NCBI GenBank assembly: GCA_964016885.1 | Contig: OZ024741.1 | Span: forward strand, 15,810,001 to 15,874,000 | Source of the DNA: Eledone cirrhosa | Lineage: Eukaryota | Direction of reading: 5' to 3' | Length of the DNA stretch: 64,000 bases | Shown: one piece after another, positions 50,323 to 64,000 of the stretch | Layout: each line of letters begins with the position of its first letter | How positions within the stretch are numbered: position 1 is the stretch's first letter | The notes under the pieces: model-generated | The model's input: only the letters and a program-made list of their open reading frames with translations | Database searches by the model: none | What the model was told of the DNA's origin: nothing | Position numbers and translations under genes: made by a program

Positions 50323-51084
50323 TCCATTATTAACGAAGTGGTTGGTGTGTTACAGCCACAACTATAAAACCGTAGGTTCTATACCTGGCCAAGATCAGGG
50401 TCTGATTTGACGAGCGAATCCCTTTTATTTAGGGGGGGGGTCAGGCTTGGATAAACTGATAATGTCCTTCCAGCCATGCCCATCCTGTCTTGGTTTTAAT
50501 TATACGTATCTCTCTTGAAGAACATTTTCTAATATGTCCGTCATTTTTTAAGATGGCTTCGATTGATTTAGCTGCCATTTCTAGCAGGTTGAGTGGTCTG
50601 CTGGAGACTTCAATATTGTTCTTGTTATTGCTGTTGTAACTGAAGTTGTTGTTGTGATTGTTGTTGATGTAATTGTTGTTGTTTTTATCGTTGTAAATAC
50701 GTTGTTGCAATTTTAGTTGTTGTTGTAATCATAGATTTTGTTGTTATTGTTGATGGTGGTGGTGGTGGTGGTGTTGTTGTAGTCTTTGTTATTGCTGTTG
50801 GTTGTGGAGGAGGTGGCGGTGGTGGGGTGGGGGTAGTGCTGCTGCTGCTGTTGGTGATGGTGGTGGTGATGGTGTTGTTATTGTAGTTGTTATTATTGTT
50901 GCTGCTGCTGCTGTAATAACAATGGCGGTAGTATAAAGACAACCTACTCCAAACCACGAGGTACTGCACTCGATCCCTTGTGTAGCTTCATTGATATGTG
51001 GGTGACATTTGGTAGACGGAAACTGTTTGGAAGCCCGTTGGATGAACTCTATTTGTAATTCAATGTTCCAACTTTATCATATGA

Positions 51085-51945
51085 CTAGCCGAATTACCCG
51101 CGCCTTGCTGCGTTTCACACATTTTTTTTGTAAGAAAATGATGAATATAATTTATGGAGAAAAACTCTGTATTTCAATATTACTCAATGTAAAATGTAAT
51201 GCATGAAAAATTGGAAAACATTATTTTTTAACATTTATAAATACATGAAAATATATTTCATACTTTGTCCTAATGAAGATCTTCAGGGTAAACAACATTT
51301 CTTGTCTTTCTTTGATTGGCTAAAATGTAGAGATTTGTTGAAGTTCAAGTCCTTGAAACAGCCACATAAAACATGCCATTACTGAAACATGAGTTTGTCA
51401 GATCTATACCAATAGTTTTGAAAGTTTGACCTTGACTCTTATTGATGCTCATGGCAAAGTATGGCCCCACTGGGAACTGCAGCCTCTTAAATGTAAAAGG
51501 CGACTCGCTATCACTTGGTATAAGTGGAATACTCGGAATGAGAAGAGCTTCACCTTTGTAAGCCCCGAATATAATGGTTGATTCAATCAAGTTCTCATGC
51601 AATCTTGTTACAACACATCTTGTTCCATTTATAGGCCAAAATTTCACTATAGGGGGTTTAACCCCCATTAGGGTGTCTTAATATTATTGAAATTTGCTGA
51701 AATTTTGTGAATAGGCATCATATCTTGTCATTTACCTATGGTTTAAATTTCATATTAATCGAAGGGAAACAGTTTTCAGTGGGGGTTTGTGCCCCAGGGA
51801 ACCCTTTGATTAAAATGAAATATACTTATCCAAGTACCCTGGGCAATGTAGTTTCAGAATATATATGGTTATGGGCGTCTATCTCCAAAACCATAGGTGG
51901 AGTTCGTGAACAAACAAACAGACAGGAACTACAACTTTATATAGA
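51085..51945 (-). mobile_element. Complete non-autonomous Helitron (~860 bp) retaining a PIF1 helicase fragment
   Basis: Minus strand starts A|TCTATATAAAG...GTCTGTTTGTTTGTTC and ends ACGCAGCAAGGCGCG-GGTAATTCGG-CTAG|T: 5' TC, 3' hairpin plus CTAG, A|T target. Confidence 0.85.
51345..51632 (-). pseudogene. Helitron RepHel PIF1-helicase C-terminal fragment
   Basis: NGTR...LIPSIPLIP...FKRLQFPV..FAMSINKSQGQT...GMFYVAVSR (helicase motifs V-VI). Confidence 0.9.
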
Positions 51946-52019
51946 TATATCACGACAAACTAACATAAAAGTTAGAATAAAAGTACACGCGTTATATACG
52001 TTACTTTCATGTTGACTCA

Positions 52020-52720
52020 ACATGATGATGATGATGATGATGGTAGTGGTGATGGTAGTGGTGATGATGATGGTGATGATGATGGTGATGGTGATGGTGG
52101 TGGTGATGATGATGGTGATGATGATGGTGATGATGATGGTGGTGGTGATGATGATGGTGATGATGATGGTGATGATGATGATGGTGATGATGATGGTGAT
52201 GATGATGGTGGTGGTGATGATGATGGTGATGATGATGGTGATGATGATGGTGGTGGTGATGATGATGGTGATGATGATGGTGATGATGATGGTGGTGGTG
52301 ATGATGATGGTGATGATGATGGTGATGATGATGGTGGTGGTGATGATGATGGTGATGATGATGGTAGTGGTGATGGTAGTGGTGATGATGATGGTGATGA
52401 TGATGGTGATGGTGATGGTGGTGGTGATGATGATGGTGATGATGATGGTGATGATGATGGTGGTGGTGATGATGATGGTGATGATGATGGTGATGATGAT
52501 GGTGGTGGTGATGATCGTGATGCTGATGATGATGATGATGACGATGATGATGATGAGAGTGATAATGACCATGATGATGATGATGATGATGAAGATGATG
52601 ATGTAAAGGAGGAGGAAGAAGGTAATTATAATGATGGAGGTGGTGTTGATGGTGGGCTTGATGGTGGAGGTGATGATGGTGATGTTGATGATGGTGGTGA
52701 TAATGATGAAGATAATGTTT
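52020..52720. repeat. (GAT/GGT)n trinucleotide array
   Basis: Direct reading. Confidence 0.95.
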
Positions 52721-53109
52721 TATGGCCAACACAAAGAAACAACACTCACCCCTACACACATCCCCCACCCACATTACACACACACCCCGTCTCCCCCTAC
52801 CCCCACCCCACCCCCACCCACATTACACCCCCACCCCTACCCTCATTTTCTGTAAATAACCGTGAACTTCAACACGGTTCAAGTAATTTAGTCGGAAGAA
52901 ATAAATGTTTTCGATGACCCACAGCTTCCACATCCCCCACCCTAGAGTCTCATATCCCTCCTCCACGGCTTCCACCCCACCCTAGAACACAGCCCTACCC
53001 TCACACCCACCCTCTCTCCCCATACACTAGCAGGTTTCTTCCCAATTGCAGACGATAGATCGATACGTGATAACACCGACAGCAGATATAGTCTGAACGG
53101 GTGTGGTCG

Positions 53110-53123
53110 TACTACCACTACCA

Positions 53124-53157
<34 letters not shown>

Positions 53158-53183
53158 CACTGCTACCACTGCTACCACTACTA

Positions 53184-53223
<40 letters not shown>

Positions 53224-53237
53224 CACTGCTACCACTG

Positions 53238-53292
<55 letters not shown>

Positions 53293-53300
53293 CACCACTA

Positions 53301-53352
<52 letters not shown>

Positions 53353-53357
53353 CACTG

Positions 53358-53421
<64 letters not shown>

Positions 53422-53616
53422 CACCACTACTACCACTACTACTACTACTACTACTACCACGGCTACCACTACTAATACTACTACTACTACTACCACCACC
53501 ACCACCACCACCACTACTACCACTACTACTACTACTACTACTAATACTACTACTACTACTACCAATACCACTACTACTACTACTACTACTACTAATACTA
53601 CTACTACTACTACCAA

Positions 53617-53712
<96 letters not shown>

Positions 53713-55850
53713 CTACCACTACTACTACTAATACTACCTCCACAACCACTACCAGCAACAACACCACCATCACCACACACCATCTTATCATCACCATCAT
53801 TACCACCACCATCACCACCATCATCACCACCACCACCACCACCACCATCACCACCATCATCAACACCACCACCACCACCACCATCACCACCATTATCAAC
53901 ACCACCACCACCACCACCATCACCACCATCATCAACACCACCACCACCATCACCACTATCATCAACACCACCACCACCATCACCACTATCATCAACACCA
54001 CCACCACCACCACCACCATCACCACCATCATCAACACCACCACCACCACCACCATCACCACTATCATCAACACCACCACCACCACCACCATCACCACTAT
54101 CATCAACACCACCACCACCACCACCATCACCACCATCATCACCACCATCATCAACACCACCACCACCACCACCATCACCACTATCATCAACACCACCACC
54201 ACCACCACCATCACCACCATCATCAACACCACCACCACCACCACCATCAACACCACCACCACCACCACCATCACCACTATCACCACAATCAATACCTCCA
54301 CCACCACCACCACCACCATCACCACCATCATCAACACCACCACCATGACCATCATCATCACTATCACCACAATCAATACCTCCACCACCACCACCATCAT
54401 CAACACCACAACCATCATCACCACCATCATCATCACTATCACCACCATCAATACCAACACTGAAAATCTCTGTTACTGATAGTGGTAGTGTTAGTGTTGG
54501 TGGTGGCGGTGGTGTTGGTGGTGATGGTGATAGTGGTAGTGTTAGTGTTGGTGGTGGTGGTGGTGTTGGTGGTGGTGGTGGCGGTGGTGGCGGTGGTGTT
54601 GGTGGTGATGGTGATAGTGGTAGTGTTAGTGTTGGTGGTGGCGGTGGTCTTGGTGGCGATGGTGATAGTGGTAGTGTTAGTGTTGGTGGTGGTGGTGGTG
54701 TTGGTGGTGATGGTGATAGTGGTAGTGTTAGTGTTGGTGGTGGTGGTGGTGTTGGTGGTGATGGTGATAGTGGTAGTGTTAGTGTTGGTGGTGGTGGTGG
54801 TATTGGTGGTGGTGGTGGCGGTGGTGGCGGTGGTGTTGGTGGTGATGGTGATAGTGGTAGTGTTAGTGTTGGTGGTGGTGGTGGTGTTGGTGGTGGTGGT
54901 GGCGGTGGTGTTGGTGGTGATGGTGATAGTGGTAGTGTTAGTGTTGGTGGTGGTGGTGGTGTTGGTGGTGGTGGTGGCGGTGGTGGCGGTGGTGTTGGTG
55001 GTGATGGTGATAGTGGTAGTGTTAGTGTTGGTGGTGGTGGTGGTGTTGGTGGTGGTGGTGGCGATGATGGCTGTGGTGTTGGTGGTGATGGTGATAGTGG
55101 TAGTGTTAGTGTTGGTGGTGGCGGTGGTCTTGGTGGTGATGGTGATAGTGGTAGTGTTAGTGTTGGTGGTGGTGGTGGTGTTGGTGGTGGTGGTGGCGGT
55201 GGTGGCGGTGGTGTTGGTGGTGATGGTGATAGTGGTAGTGTTAGTGTTGGTGGTGGTGATGGTGGTGGTGGTAGTGTTAGTGTTGGTGGTGGTGGTGGTG
55301 GTGGTGTTGGTGGTGATGGTGGTGATGGTAGTGTTAGTGTTGGTGGTAGTGGTGGTGGTGGTGGTGTTGGTGGTGATGGTGGTGGTGGTAGTGTTAGTGT
55401 TGGTGGTGGTCGAGGTGGTTGTGTTGGTGGTGATGGTGGTGGTGGTAGTGTTAGTGTTGGTGGTAGTGGTGGTGGTGGTGGTGGTGGTGGTGATGGTGGT
55501 GGTGGTAGTGTTAGTGTTGGTGGTGTTGGTGGTGATGGTGGTGATATTGATGGTGGTGGTGTTAGTATTGGTGGTAGTGGTTGTGGTGACAGTGGTGGTG
55601 GTGGTGGTGGTGGTGGTAGTGTTAGTGGTGGTGGCAGTGGTGGTGGTGGTGGTGGTGGTGGTGGTAGTGTTAGTGGTGGTGGCAGTGGTGGTGGTGGTAG
55701 TGTTAGTGGTGGTGGCAGTGGTGGTGGTGTTGGTAGTGGTGGTGGTGGTAGTGTTAGTGGTGGTGGTAGTAGTAGTGGCGGTGGTGATGGTGGTGGTGGT
55801 GGTGGTAGTGTTAGTGGTGGTGGTAGTAGTAGTGGCGGTGGTGATGGTAT
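53110..55850. repeat. Compound trinucleotide arrays: (CTA)n, (TAA)n, (CAC/CAT)n, then opposite-strand (GGT)n-derived minisatellite
   Basis: Direct reading; strand switch at about 54460-54480. Confidence 0.95.
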
Positions 55851-55968
55851 TATCTGATGCTCTTATCGTTGTTATTATCACTATGTCACTGATGCGTAAA
55901 TAAATGGTTACATGAATATTCATGAGAATACAGTGACGTATGCATAGCATGCTGTCACTCCACACACA

Positions 55969-56025
<57 letters not shown>

Positions 56026-56346
56026 ACACATGCACACACATCACACACACACACATAGACACATGCACAGACACTTACATATACATACATACACACACAC
56101 ATACACACACACAAACATACACATACATACACACACATACACACACATACACACACACACGCATATATGGACGTGCACATACATACATACATATATATAT
56201 ATACATATATACATACACATGTCTGTGTTTAAACCCATAACATCTCACACATACATATTCACATACATCAAGAATATGCATACACGCACAAATATATATA
56301 CATATATATTATATATATATACACACTTATATGTATATATATATAA

Positions 56347-56381
<35 letters not shown>

Positions 56382-56744
56382 CGTGTATAACTATATATGT
56401 ATGTGTGTGTAGGTGTATGTGTATGTGTGTGGGTATGTGTGTGTGTATGTATGTGTGTGTATGTGTATGTATGTGTGTATGTGTGTGTGTATGTGTTTGT
56501 GTATGTGTGTATGTGCATGTATGTGCGTGTATGTATGTGTGTATGTGTATGTGTGTATGTATATGTGTGTCTATATGTGTGTATGTGTATGTCTATGTAT
56601 GTATGTGTATGTGTATGTGTGTGTATGTGTGTATGTGTGTATGTATGTGTATGTGTGTGTATGTATGTGTATGTATGTGTATTGTGTGTATGTGTGTATA
56701 TGTGTGTGTATGTGTAAGTGTATGTGTGTGTATATATATATAAC

Positions 56745-56872
56745 TAGGAAAAAGTATGATCCCGAAACAGCTTGAGCTCTGTCTGCCGTCGGGGTTATAC
56801 TTTTTCCTATTTCGCACTCTACTACCCTAAGTATTGAGTACTCTGGTGCGTTACGGTCCATCTGGTTCCTTA
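56745..56872. mobile_element. Hairpin-containing element of the same family as 10330-10652
   Basis: 21-bp inverted repeat TAGGAAAAAGTATGATCCCGA / TCGGGGTTATACTTTTTCCTA (56745-56809), followed by the shared 39-bp arm. Confidence 0.55.
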
Positions 56873-57247
56873 CCACAATTCCTTTGTTATATATAAATAA
56901 CTATATATGTATATATGTGTAGGTATGTATATATAATGATATATGTATATGTATATATAACTATATGTGTATATATGTATATATAATTATATATGTATAT
57001 ATATATAAGTATATGTGTATATATGTATATATAACTATATATGTGTATATGTGTATATATGTATATATAGTTATATATGTATATATATATATATAAGTAT
57101 ATGTGTATGTGAACACAGATTTCCTAATCTAACCAGGAGTAGACAGGTCAGGAACACAATGTAAGTTTGTCTCTATACATGTGTGTATAATTGTTATAGT
57201 CGAAGTGGGTATACTGATGTATATATATATATGTGTGTGTGGAGATG

Positions 57248-57285
<38 letters not shown>

Positions 57286-58481
57286 ATATGTATATACATG
57301 GATATATATACCTCTATATCCATATATATGTATGTATACACCTATGATGGTGGTGGTGGGGGGGGGGTATTGGTAGTGGTGATGGTTGTAGTGATGGTGG
57401 TGGTAGTGATGGTGGTGGCGGTGGCGGTGGTGGTAATGTTGGTGGTAGTGGTGGTGATGCTGCTGGTGGTAGTGGTGTTGGTTGTAGTGATGGTGGTGAT
57501 TGTAGTGGTGGTGGTGGTGATTGTAGTGGTAGTGGTGGTGGTGGTACAATGGATATTGTTTCAGTTAAAGATGTTGTTATTGTTATTATTTTGTTTACTT
57601 ATGTTATTATTGTAGTTGTTATTGATGTTATTGTTGTTGTTGTTATTTCTGATGATGTTATCGTCATTATTGTTATTGTCATTGCTGTTGTTGTTGGTGT
57701 TGTAGTGGTTGTGTCACAGGTCTACATGGGATGGCTCCAACATGACAGAGACATTACCATAACAATAAAGATATGAGGTAGAAATTCGAAGGAACAGCTG
57801 TTAAGATAATAAACAGAAATATTACTCTCCTCCCACCGTGGGGTACATCAAACAATGTCTGATCCCTTTCAGGCCCTAGATATATCTACATATAGTGTTT
57901 AGATCTGTGGCCACTGGTCCTTATATTAACATTTGACTCTTTCTGGTCTTTTAAACTTTGAAACCTGTCTCCAAAAATATAATGACCCGTTCACACACAC
58001 ACAAACACACATACACACATACATATACACGCACGTACACATACATACACACACACACACACACACTTATACATATACACACACATATACACGTATACAT
58101 ATACACGCACATACACATTCATACACACACACACTTATACACACACACACAGACACACACACACACACATACACATACACACACACAAACACCCGCCCAC
58201 ATATACACATACACACAAATACACATTCACACAAACACACAAACACGTACAAACACACTCACACACAAACACATGCCCACATATACACATACACACAACC
58301 ACATACACATACACACACACAAACACATACACATACACATACACACATACACACACATACACACATACACACATACACACACACACACACACACATACAC
58401 ACATATGTACTGTAGTAAAAATTCTGTATAAATATCCAAGGGTTAAAGCACTCAGTCCATAGGACGATGCTTTTTTCTTTC

Positions 58482-60795
58482 TTATTAAACAGTATTTATA
58501 TGATATATTCCATTATTAAACAGTATTTATATGATATATTCCATTATTAAACGGTATTTATATTATATATTCCATTATTAAACAGTATTTATATGATATA
58601 TTCCATTATTAAACGGTATTTATATGATATATTCCATTATTAAACAGTATTTATATGATATATTCCATTATTAAACAGTATTTATATGATATATTCCATT
58701 ATTAAACAGTATTTATATGATATATTCCATTATTAAACAGTATTTATATGATATATTCCATTATTAAACAGTATTTATATGATATATTCCATTATTAAAC
58801 AGTATTTATATGATATATTCCATTATTAAACAGTATTTATATGATATATTCCATTATTAAACAGTATTTATATTATATATTCCATTATTAAACAGTATTT
58901 ATATGATATATTCCATTATTAAACAGTATTTATATGATATATTCCATTATTAAATGGTATTTATATGATATATTCCATTATTAAATGGTATTTATATGAT
59001 ATATTCCATTATTAAATGGTATTTATATGATATATTCCATTATTAAACACTATTTATATTATATATTCCATTATTAAACAGTATTTATATGATATATTCC
59101 ATTATTAAACACTATTTATATGATATATTCCATTATTAAACAGTATTTATATGATATATTCCATTATTAAATGGTATTTATATGATATATTCCATTATTA
59201 AACAGTATTTATATGATATATTCCATTATTAAACAGTATTTATATGATATATTCCATTATTAAACGGTATTTATATTATATATTCCATTATTAAACAGTA
59301 TTTATATGATATATTCCATTATTAAACACTATTTATATGATATATTCCATTATTAAACACTATTTATATGATATATTCCATTATTAAACAGTATTTATAT
59401 GATATATTCCATTATTAAACAGTATTTATATGATATATTCCATTATTAAACGGTATTTATATGATATATTCCATTATTAAACGGTATTTATATGATATAT
59501 TCCATTATTAAGCAGTATTTATATGATATATTCCATTATTAAACAGTATTTATATGATATATTCCATTATTAAACACTATTTATATGATATATTCCATTA
59601 TTAAACACTATTTATATGATATATTCCATTATTAAACGGTATTTATATTATATATTCCATTATTAAACAGTATTTATATGATATATTCCATTATTAAACA
59701 CTATTTATATGATATATTCCATTATTAAACACTATTTATATGATATATTCCATTATTAAACAGTATTTATATGATATATTCCATTATTAAACAGTATTTA
59801 TATGATATATTCCATTATTAAACGGTATTTATATGATATATTCCATTATTAAACGGTATTTATATGATATATTCCATTATTAAGCAGTATTTATATGATA
59901 TATTCCATTATTAAACAGTATTTATATGATATATTCCATTATTAAACACTATTTATATGATATATTCCATTATTAAACACTATTTATATGATATATTCCA
60001 TTATTAAACGGTATTTATATGATATATTCCATTATTAAACGGTATTTATATGATATATTCCATTATTAAACGGTATTTATATGATATATTCCATTATTAA
60101 ACGGTATTTATATGATATATTCCATTATTAAACGGTATTTATATGATATATTCCATTATTAAACAGTATTTATATGATATATTCCATTATTAAACATTAT
60201 TTATATGATATATTCCATTATTAAACAGTATTTATATGATATATTCCATTATTAAACACTATTTATATGATATATTCCATTATTAAACACTATTTATATG
60301 ATATATTCCATTATTAAACAGTATTTATATGATATATTCAATTATTAAACGGTATTTATATGATACATTCCATTATTAAATGGTATTTATATGATATATT
60401 CCATTATTAAACACTATTTATATGATATATTCCATTATTAAACGGTATTTATATGATATATTCCATTATTAAACGGTATTTATATGATATATTCCATTAT
60501 TAAACAGTATTTATATGATATATTCCATTATTAAACAGTATTTATATGATATATTCCATTATTAAACATTATTTATATGATATATTCCATTATTAAACAG
60601 TATTTATATGATATATTCCATTATTAAACGGTATTTATATGATATATTCCATTATTAAACAGTATTTATATGATATATTCCATTATTAAACAGTATTTAT
60701 ATGATATATTCCATTATTAAACAGTATTTATATTATATATTCCATTATTAAACAGTATATATATGATATTTATATGATATATTCAATTATTAAAC
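58482..60795. repeat. AT-rich 31-bp minisatellite, ~75 copies
   Basis: Unit ttattaaacagtatttatatgatatattcca with acag/acgg/acac/atgg variants. Confidence 0.97.
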
Positions 60796-61748
60796 AAAAT
60801 AGTAATATTTATTATTGAAAATATAACATTAGTTACAACAATGACCTATACAGATACTTAAGTTTCGTTGGATTGTTTGCCTACTCACTCATATACATAT
60901 ATAGCAGAAAATTGCTTATTATAATCCAGTTCGTGGTTAAGACAGCCAGTTTCATGGACGGTTTCAACGTACGGTTAGGGGTAACTCCACAAGTTTGTAA
61001 GAACACGTTCAATCTTGAAGTGTAAAGGATAAAAGAGAACACACAGGTAAGCATTAAAGAAAGGATTTTATCCAGGTATTTACGACCGTTTCATTGGTAA
61101 GTGCAACCTTATATTGCTATACTGGAAATAGCAGCCACTCAATAATAATTGTTTTACACGTCAAAATTTTCAAAATAGTGAATAAATTACTCTTAACAAG
61201 TTCTTAATATACGATCGTTTCATATTATTCCCTTACTTATTTGCATAGGTAAGTATATATTACCCGTATGTTTTGTGAAGGTATGTATACCTTCTCGTAC
61301 GTATATTTGACTGTTTGGCGTATAATTTTTACATATTCTGGTATTTAGGGTTTGGCTATGTGTATACGGGAGTTTTGCGTCTGCGTGAGTATGCAGGTTC
61401 ATACGTATGGTGGGTGTGTGTATATGTCTACTTCTTGTTTTAGTTGACTTACGTCTCCGAACATTCGTGTATTTATATGTAGGTATGTGTGTGCGCTTGT
61501 TATATACGTATTTATTTACTTATATACGTTTATATAATTATTTATTTATTTGTACACAAGCATACACACACACACACATTTATATGTGCGTGGTTTTGTA
61601 TACCTATGGTAAGGTTTTTCGTATGCTTGTGTATGTACGTATCTGTTTGCGTGTATGTATTTATTTGTTTCTATTACTTCTGTATTATATTTATTTACTT
61701 TGTTCTTAACTCTGTAGCGGAGATTCATTTGGTCTCCTAGTTAGAATT

Positions 61749-62005
61749 TTAGTCTACGACTTCTGCTATACCATTTACGTGGTTTTGTCTTTGCGTGCTA
61801 TTGTTCTCCACGCTCCACATATGACTTATTATCTTCGTTTTTTCGTTTATTGCCAGAGAACGTCTCTATGCACCACCTAAGAGAACATTAGTCTACGACC
61901 TCTTTTATACCATAAACGTGGTTCTGTCTTTGAGCGTAATTGTTTTTCACCGCTCCTATTAATGACGTATTATTCGTTTTTTCCCGTTCTTTGCCAGCGA
62001 ACGTT
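61749..62005. repeat. Diverged ~139-bp direct duplication
   Basis: ttagtctacgac...cgtggtt(t/c)tgtctttg...ttgccag(a/c)gaacgt at about 61749 and 61888. Confidence 0.75.
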
Positions 62006-62161
62006 TCCACGAACCAAAGTATCGTCTTCCTGTCTTCCTCCGGTTGTAACGTTTTTTGAAATATCCAGTTCTGCGTTTACAGATTGACTTTGTTAGTTTC
62101 AGAAGATCCCGTTAAGGGTGAAAGCAGCGATTCTTTGCTTAAACTTTAATCTGTTATTTTA

Positions 62162-62205
<44 letters not shown>

Positions 62206-62882
62206 CGATCGTATGGGGAGTGAGATTTTCAATATGTCTCATATAAAATAATACACCCAATTATCCACACAATACAATATAGTTAGCACCCCAAACGTTT
62301 AATTGGGAATATACTCCGGTAATTCCTAAAGTTTGTTGAGTGAGTTGGAAAATGGTCGGAGTATCGCTATTAGCTCTCTCCGTTTATGTATTTATGTATT
62401 TATGTATTTATGTTATATATATATATATATAGCGGTCCTTTTCAGTTTTAACGTTATCCTCATTAGCATATAGATTTGGAAAAATGATATTCACTATCTT
62501 CAATGAACTTATAACATGAAGTTCACATGAAGATATGTCACTATCTTTACACCAATTATTGTATTTTATCTGACGAAAGCGTACTAAAATATTAGTACCC
62601 TTGAAATACGTATAATAAAATAAATATGGTTTTATAAAGATATTTTCCATTTATTAATATTATTTATATATATATATATCTTTCTTGTTATTTCAAGCGT
62701 AAAACTAATATATTTCTCCAATGAAGTGTCGTTTGCTTTGTTATTTCTGTTTACTTTTTACACCCATCTCCATATATATATATATATATATATATAATTG
62801 TATTAATATAAAGTATATATATATATATATAATTGTATTAATATAAAGTATATATATATATATATAATTGTATTAATATAAA

Positions 62883-62964
<82 letters not shown>

Positions 62965-63584
62965 GAACAAATATGGTTTTGGGATGAAAGAAATTAAATG
63001 TTTGCATTAATACACTTGTATACATTTGCTCCTCCTCCTTTATAATATTCCTCCTCACTGATATCTTCTCCTCTTCAAACCTTTATATATTATATAATTT
63101 AGTTATACCTTTTTTGGTAAAAACAAACTGGTAATTACATACTGTCGTTTTAATTCTCTACTTCCCTTTGAGAATTGAGAATTACTCAAAACACTCTACT
63201 ATGGTATTGCATACTTATTCTTGCCTTCGTCAAAACTAAACATGTATAATTCGACCGCTGCAGTTTGATGATATATGTCAGCACTATAGTAATTATTAGT
63301 GCAGGCTGCTAGTTGTATTTGTTCCATGAAGGTCGGGGTATGGTTTTGAAGGACGTAGTTTATTTTTACTTTTTCGTCTACGTAATTGTATAATGATTGG
63401 GGTTAAATGCAGGTTTATGGGTTTCATTTCCGTTTAAACAACGGCATTGGCGGTCTTAGCTATATATTCTCTGGAAATGGTCCGTAAACTATAAGTCGTC
63501 TGTGATTTGAGAAAGTCGATTAAGCAGGGACACCGGAATCACCATCAGAAAGAAACAAACGTTTTTTTTTATTTGAGTTAAAAA

Positions 63585-63715
63585 CGGTTTCTAATTTAAA
63601 CACAAGGCCAGCAATTTGGAGGGAGGGGATAGTGAATTTAACAGACCCCAGTACTTGAATGGTACTTTTTTATTGATGAAAGGCAAATTTGACAGTGGAG
63701 GGATTTATACCCAGA
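63585..63715 (-). mobile_element. Degenerate family 1 SINE
   Basis: gtttctaatttaaacacaaggccagcaatttgg...gaccccagtacttgaatggtac...gatgaaaggcaaa. Confidence 0.65.
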
Positions 63716-63809
63716 AGTAAATAAGAGTGTATTGATAATGAAACTAAAGTTGAATCCCTCTGTCAACAACTGAGAAGAATGGAGCAAAGTTGTGGCTGGA
63801 TGTAAATCA

Positions 63810-64000
63810 TTTTCAAAGATAACTGCTCCAGTTGACTCAATCAGTGGAACTGGCTTCTCGTGAAATTAGCTTGTAAGTGGCTCAGCATTCTACAGGCACA
63901 TGCGCACTTAACGTGGTTCTCAAGGAGTTTCAGGGCGACCAAGGAATGACAATGCTAGCCCTTTAAATTACAGATAAAACTCATTTTTGTTAGCTGGGTT
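63810..64000 (-). mobile_element. Probable SINE body (family 2-like); head lies beyond the window
   Basis: Ends ...ctcatttttgttagctgggtt, resembling tcatttctacagctgagtg at the inner end of the 36960-37102 copy. Confidence 0.5.

Noticed and set aside
62408-62650. Possible decayed Penelope RT fragment (RQIK..T..G.K)
   Set aside because: The similarity is too weak and frameshifted to call by eye.

Overview
Eukaryotic, repeat-saturated genomic DNA with no recognisable host protein-coding gene. The style of its SINEs and microsatellites suggests an octopod cephalopod (inference). The main feature is at 1-9519: four Tx1-clade (L1 group; APE+RT) non-LTR retrotransposons from different subfamilies, stacked head-to-tail on the minus strand. 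One is full length (ORF1+ORF2) and three are 5'-truncated. Every visible junction lies in a short (GATA)n/(TATC)n tract. None has a poly(A) tail, and a diagnostic TATA variant unit is duplicated on both sides of the full-length copy. This points to a (GATA)n-microsatellite-targeting site-specific retrotransposon lineage with a conserved, covarying 3'UTR RNA hairpin. The rest of the window holds micro/minisatellites, tRNA-derived SINEs, a CRE-clade fragment whose endonuclease coding region has expanded into a 68-bp x ~45 minisatellite, a SINE whose A-box head is amplified ~10x, an RTE 3' fragment, an old Tx1 relic, a complete non-autonomous Helitron with a PIF1 fragment, a long-TIR MITE, degenerate Penelope-type hammerhead motifs and two promoter-like motif clusters. 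Nearly all ORFs right of 9.5 kb are artefacts of simple repeats.
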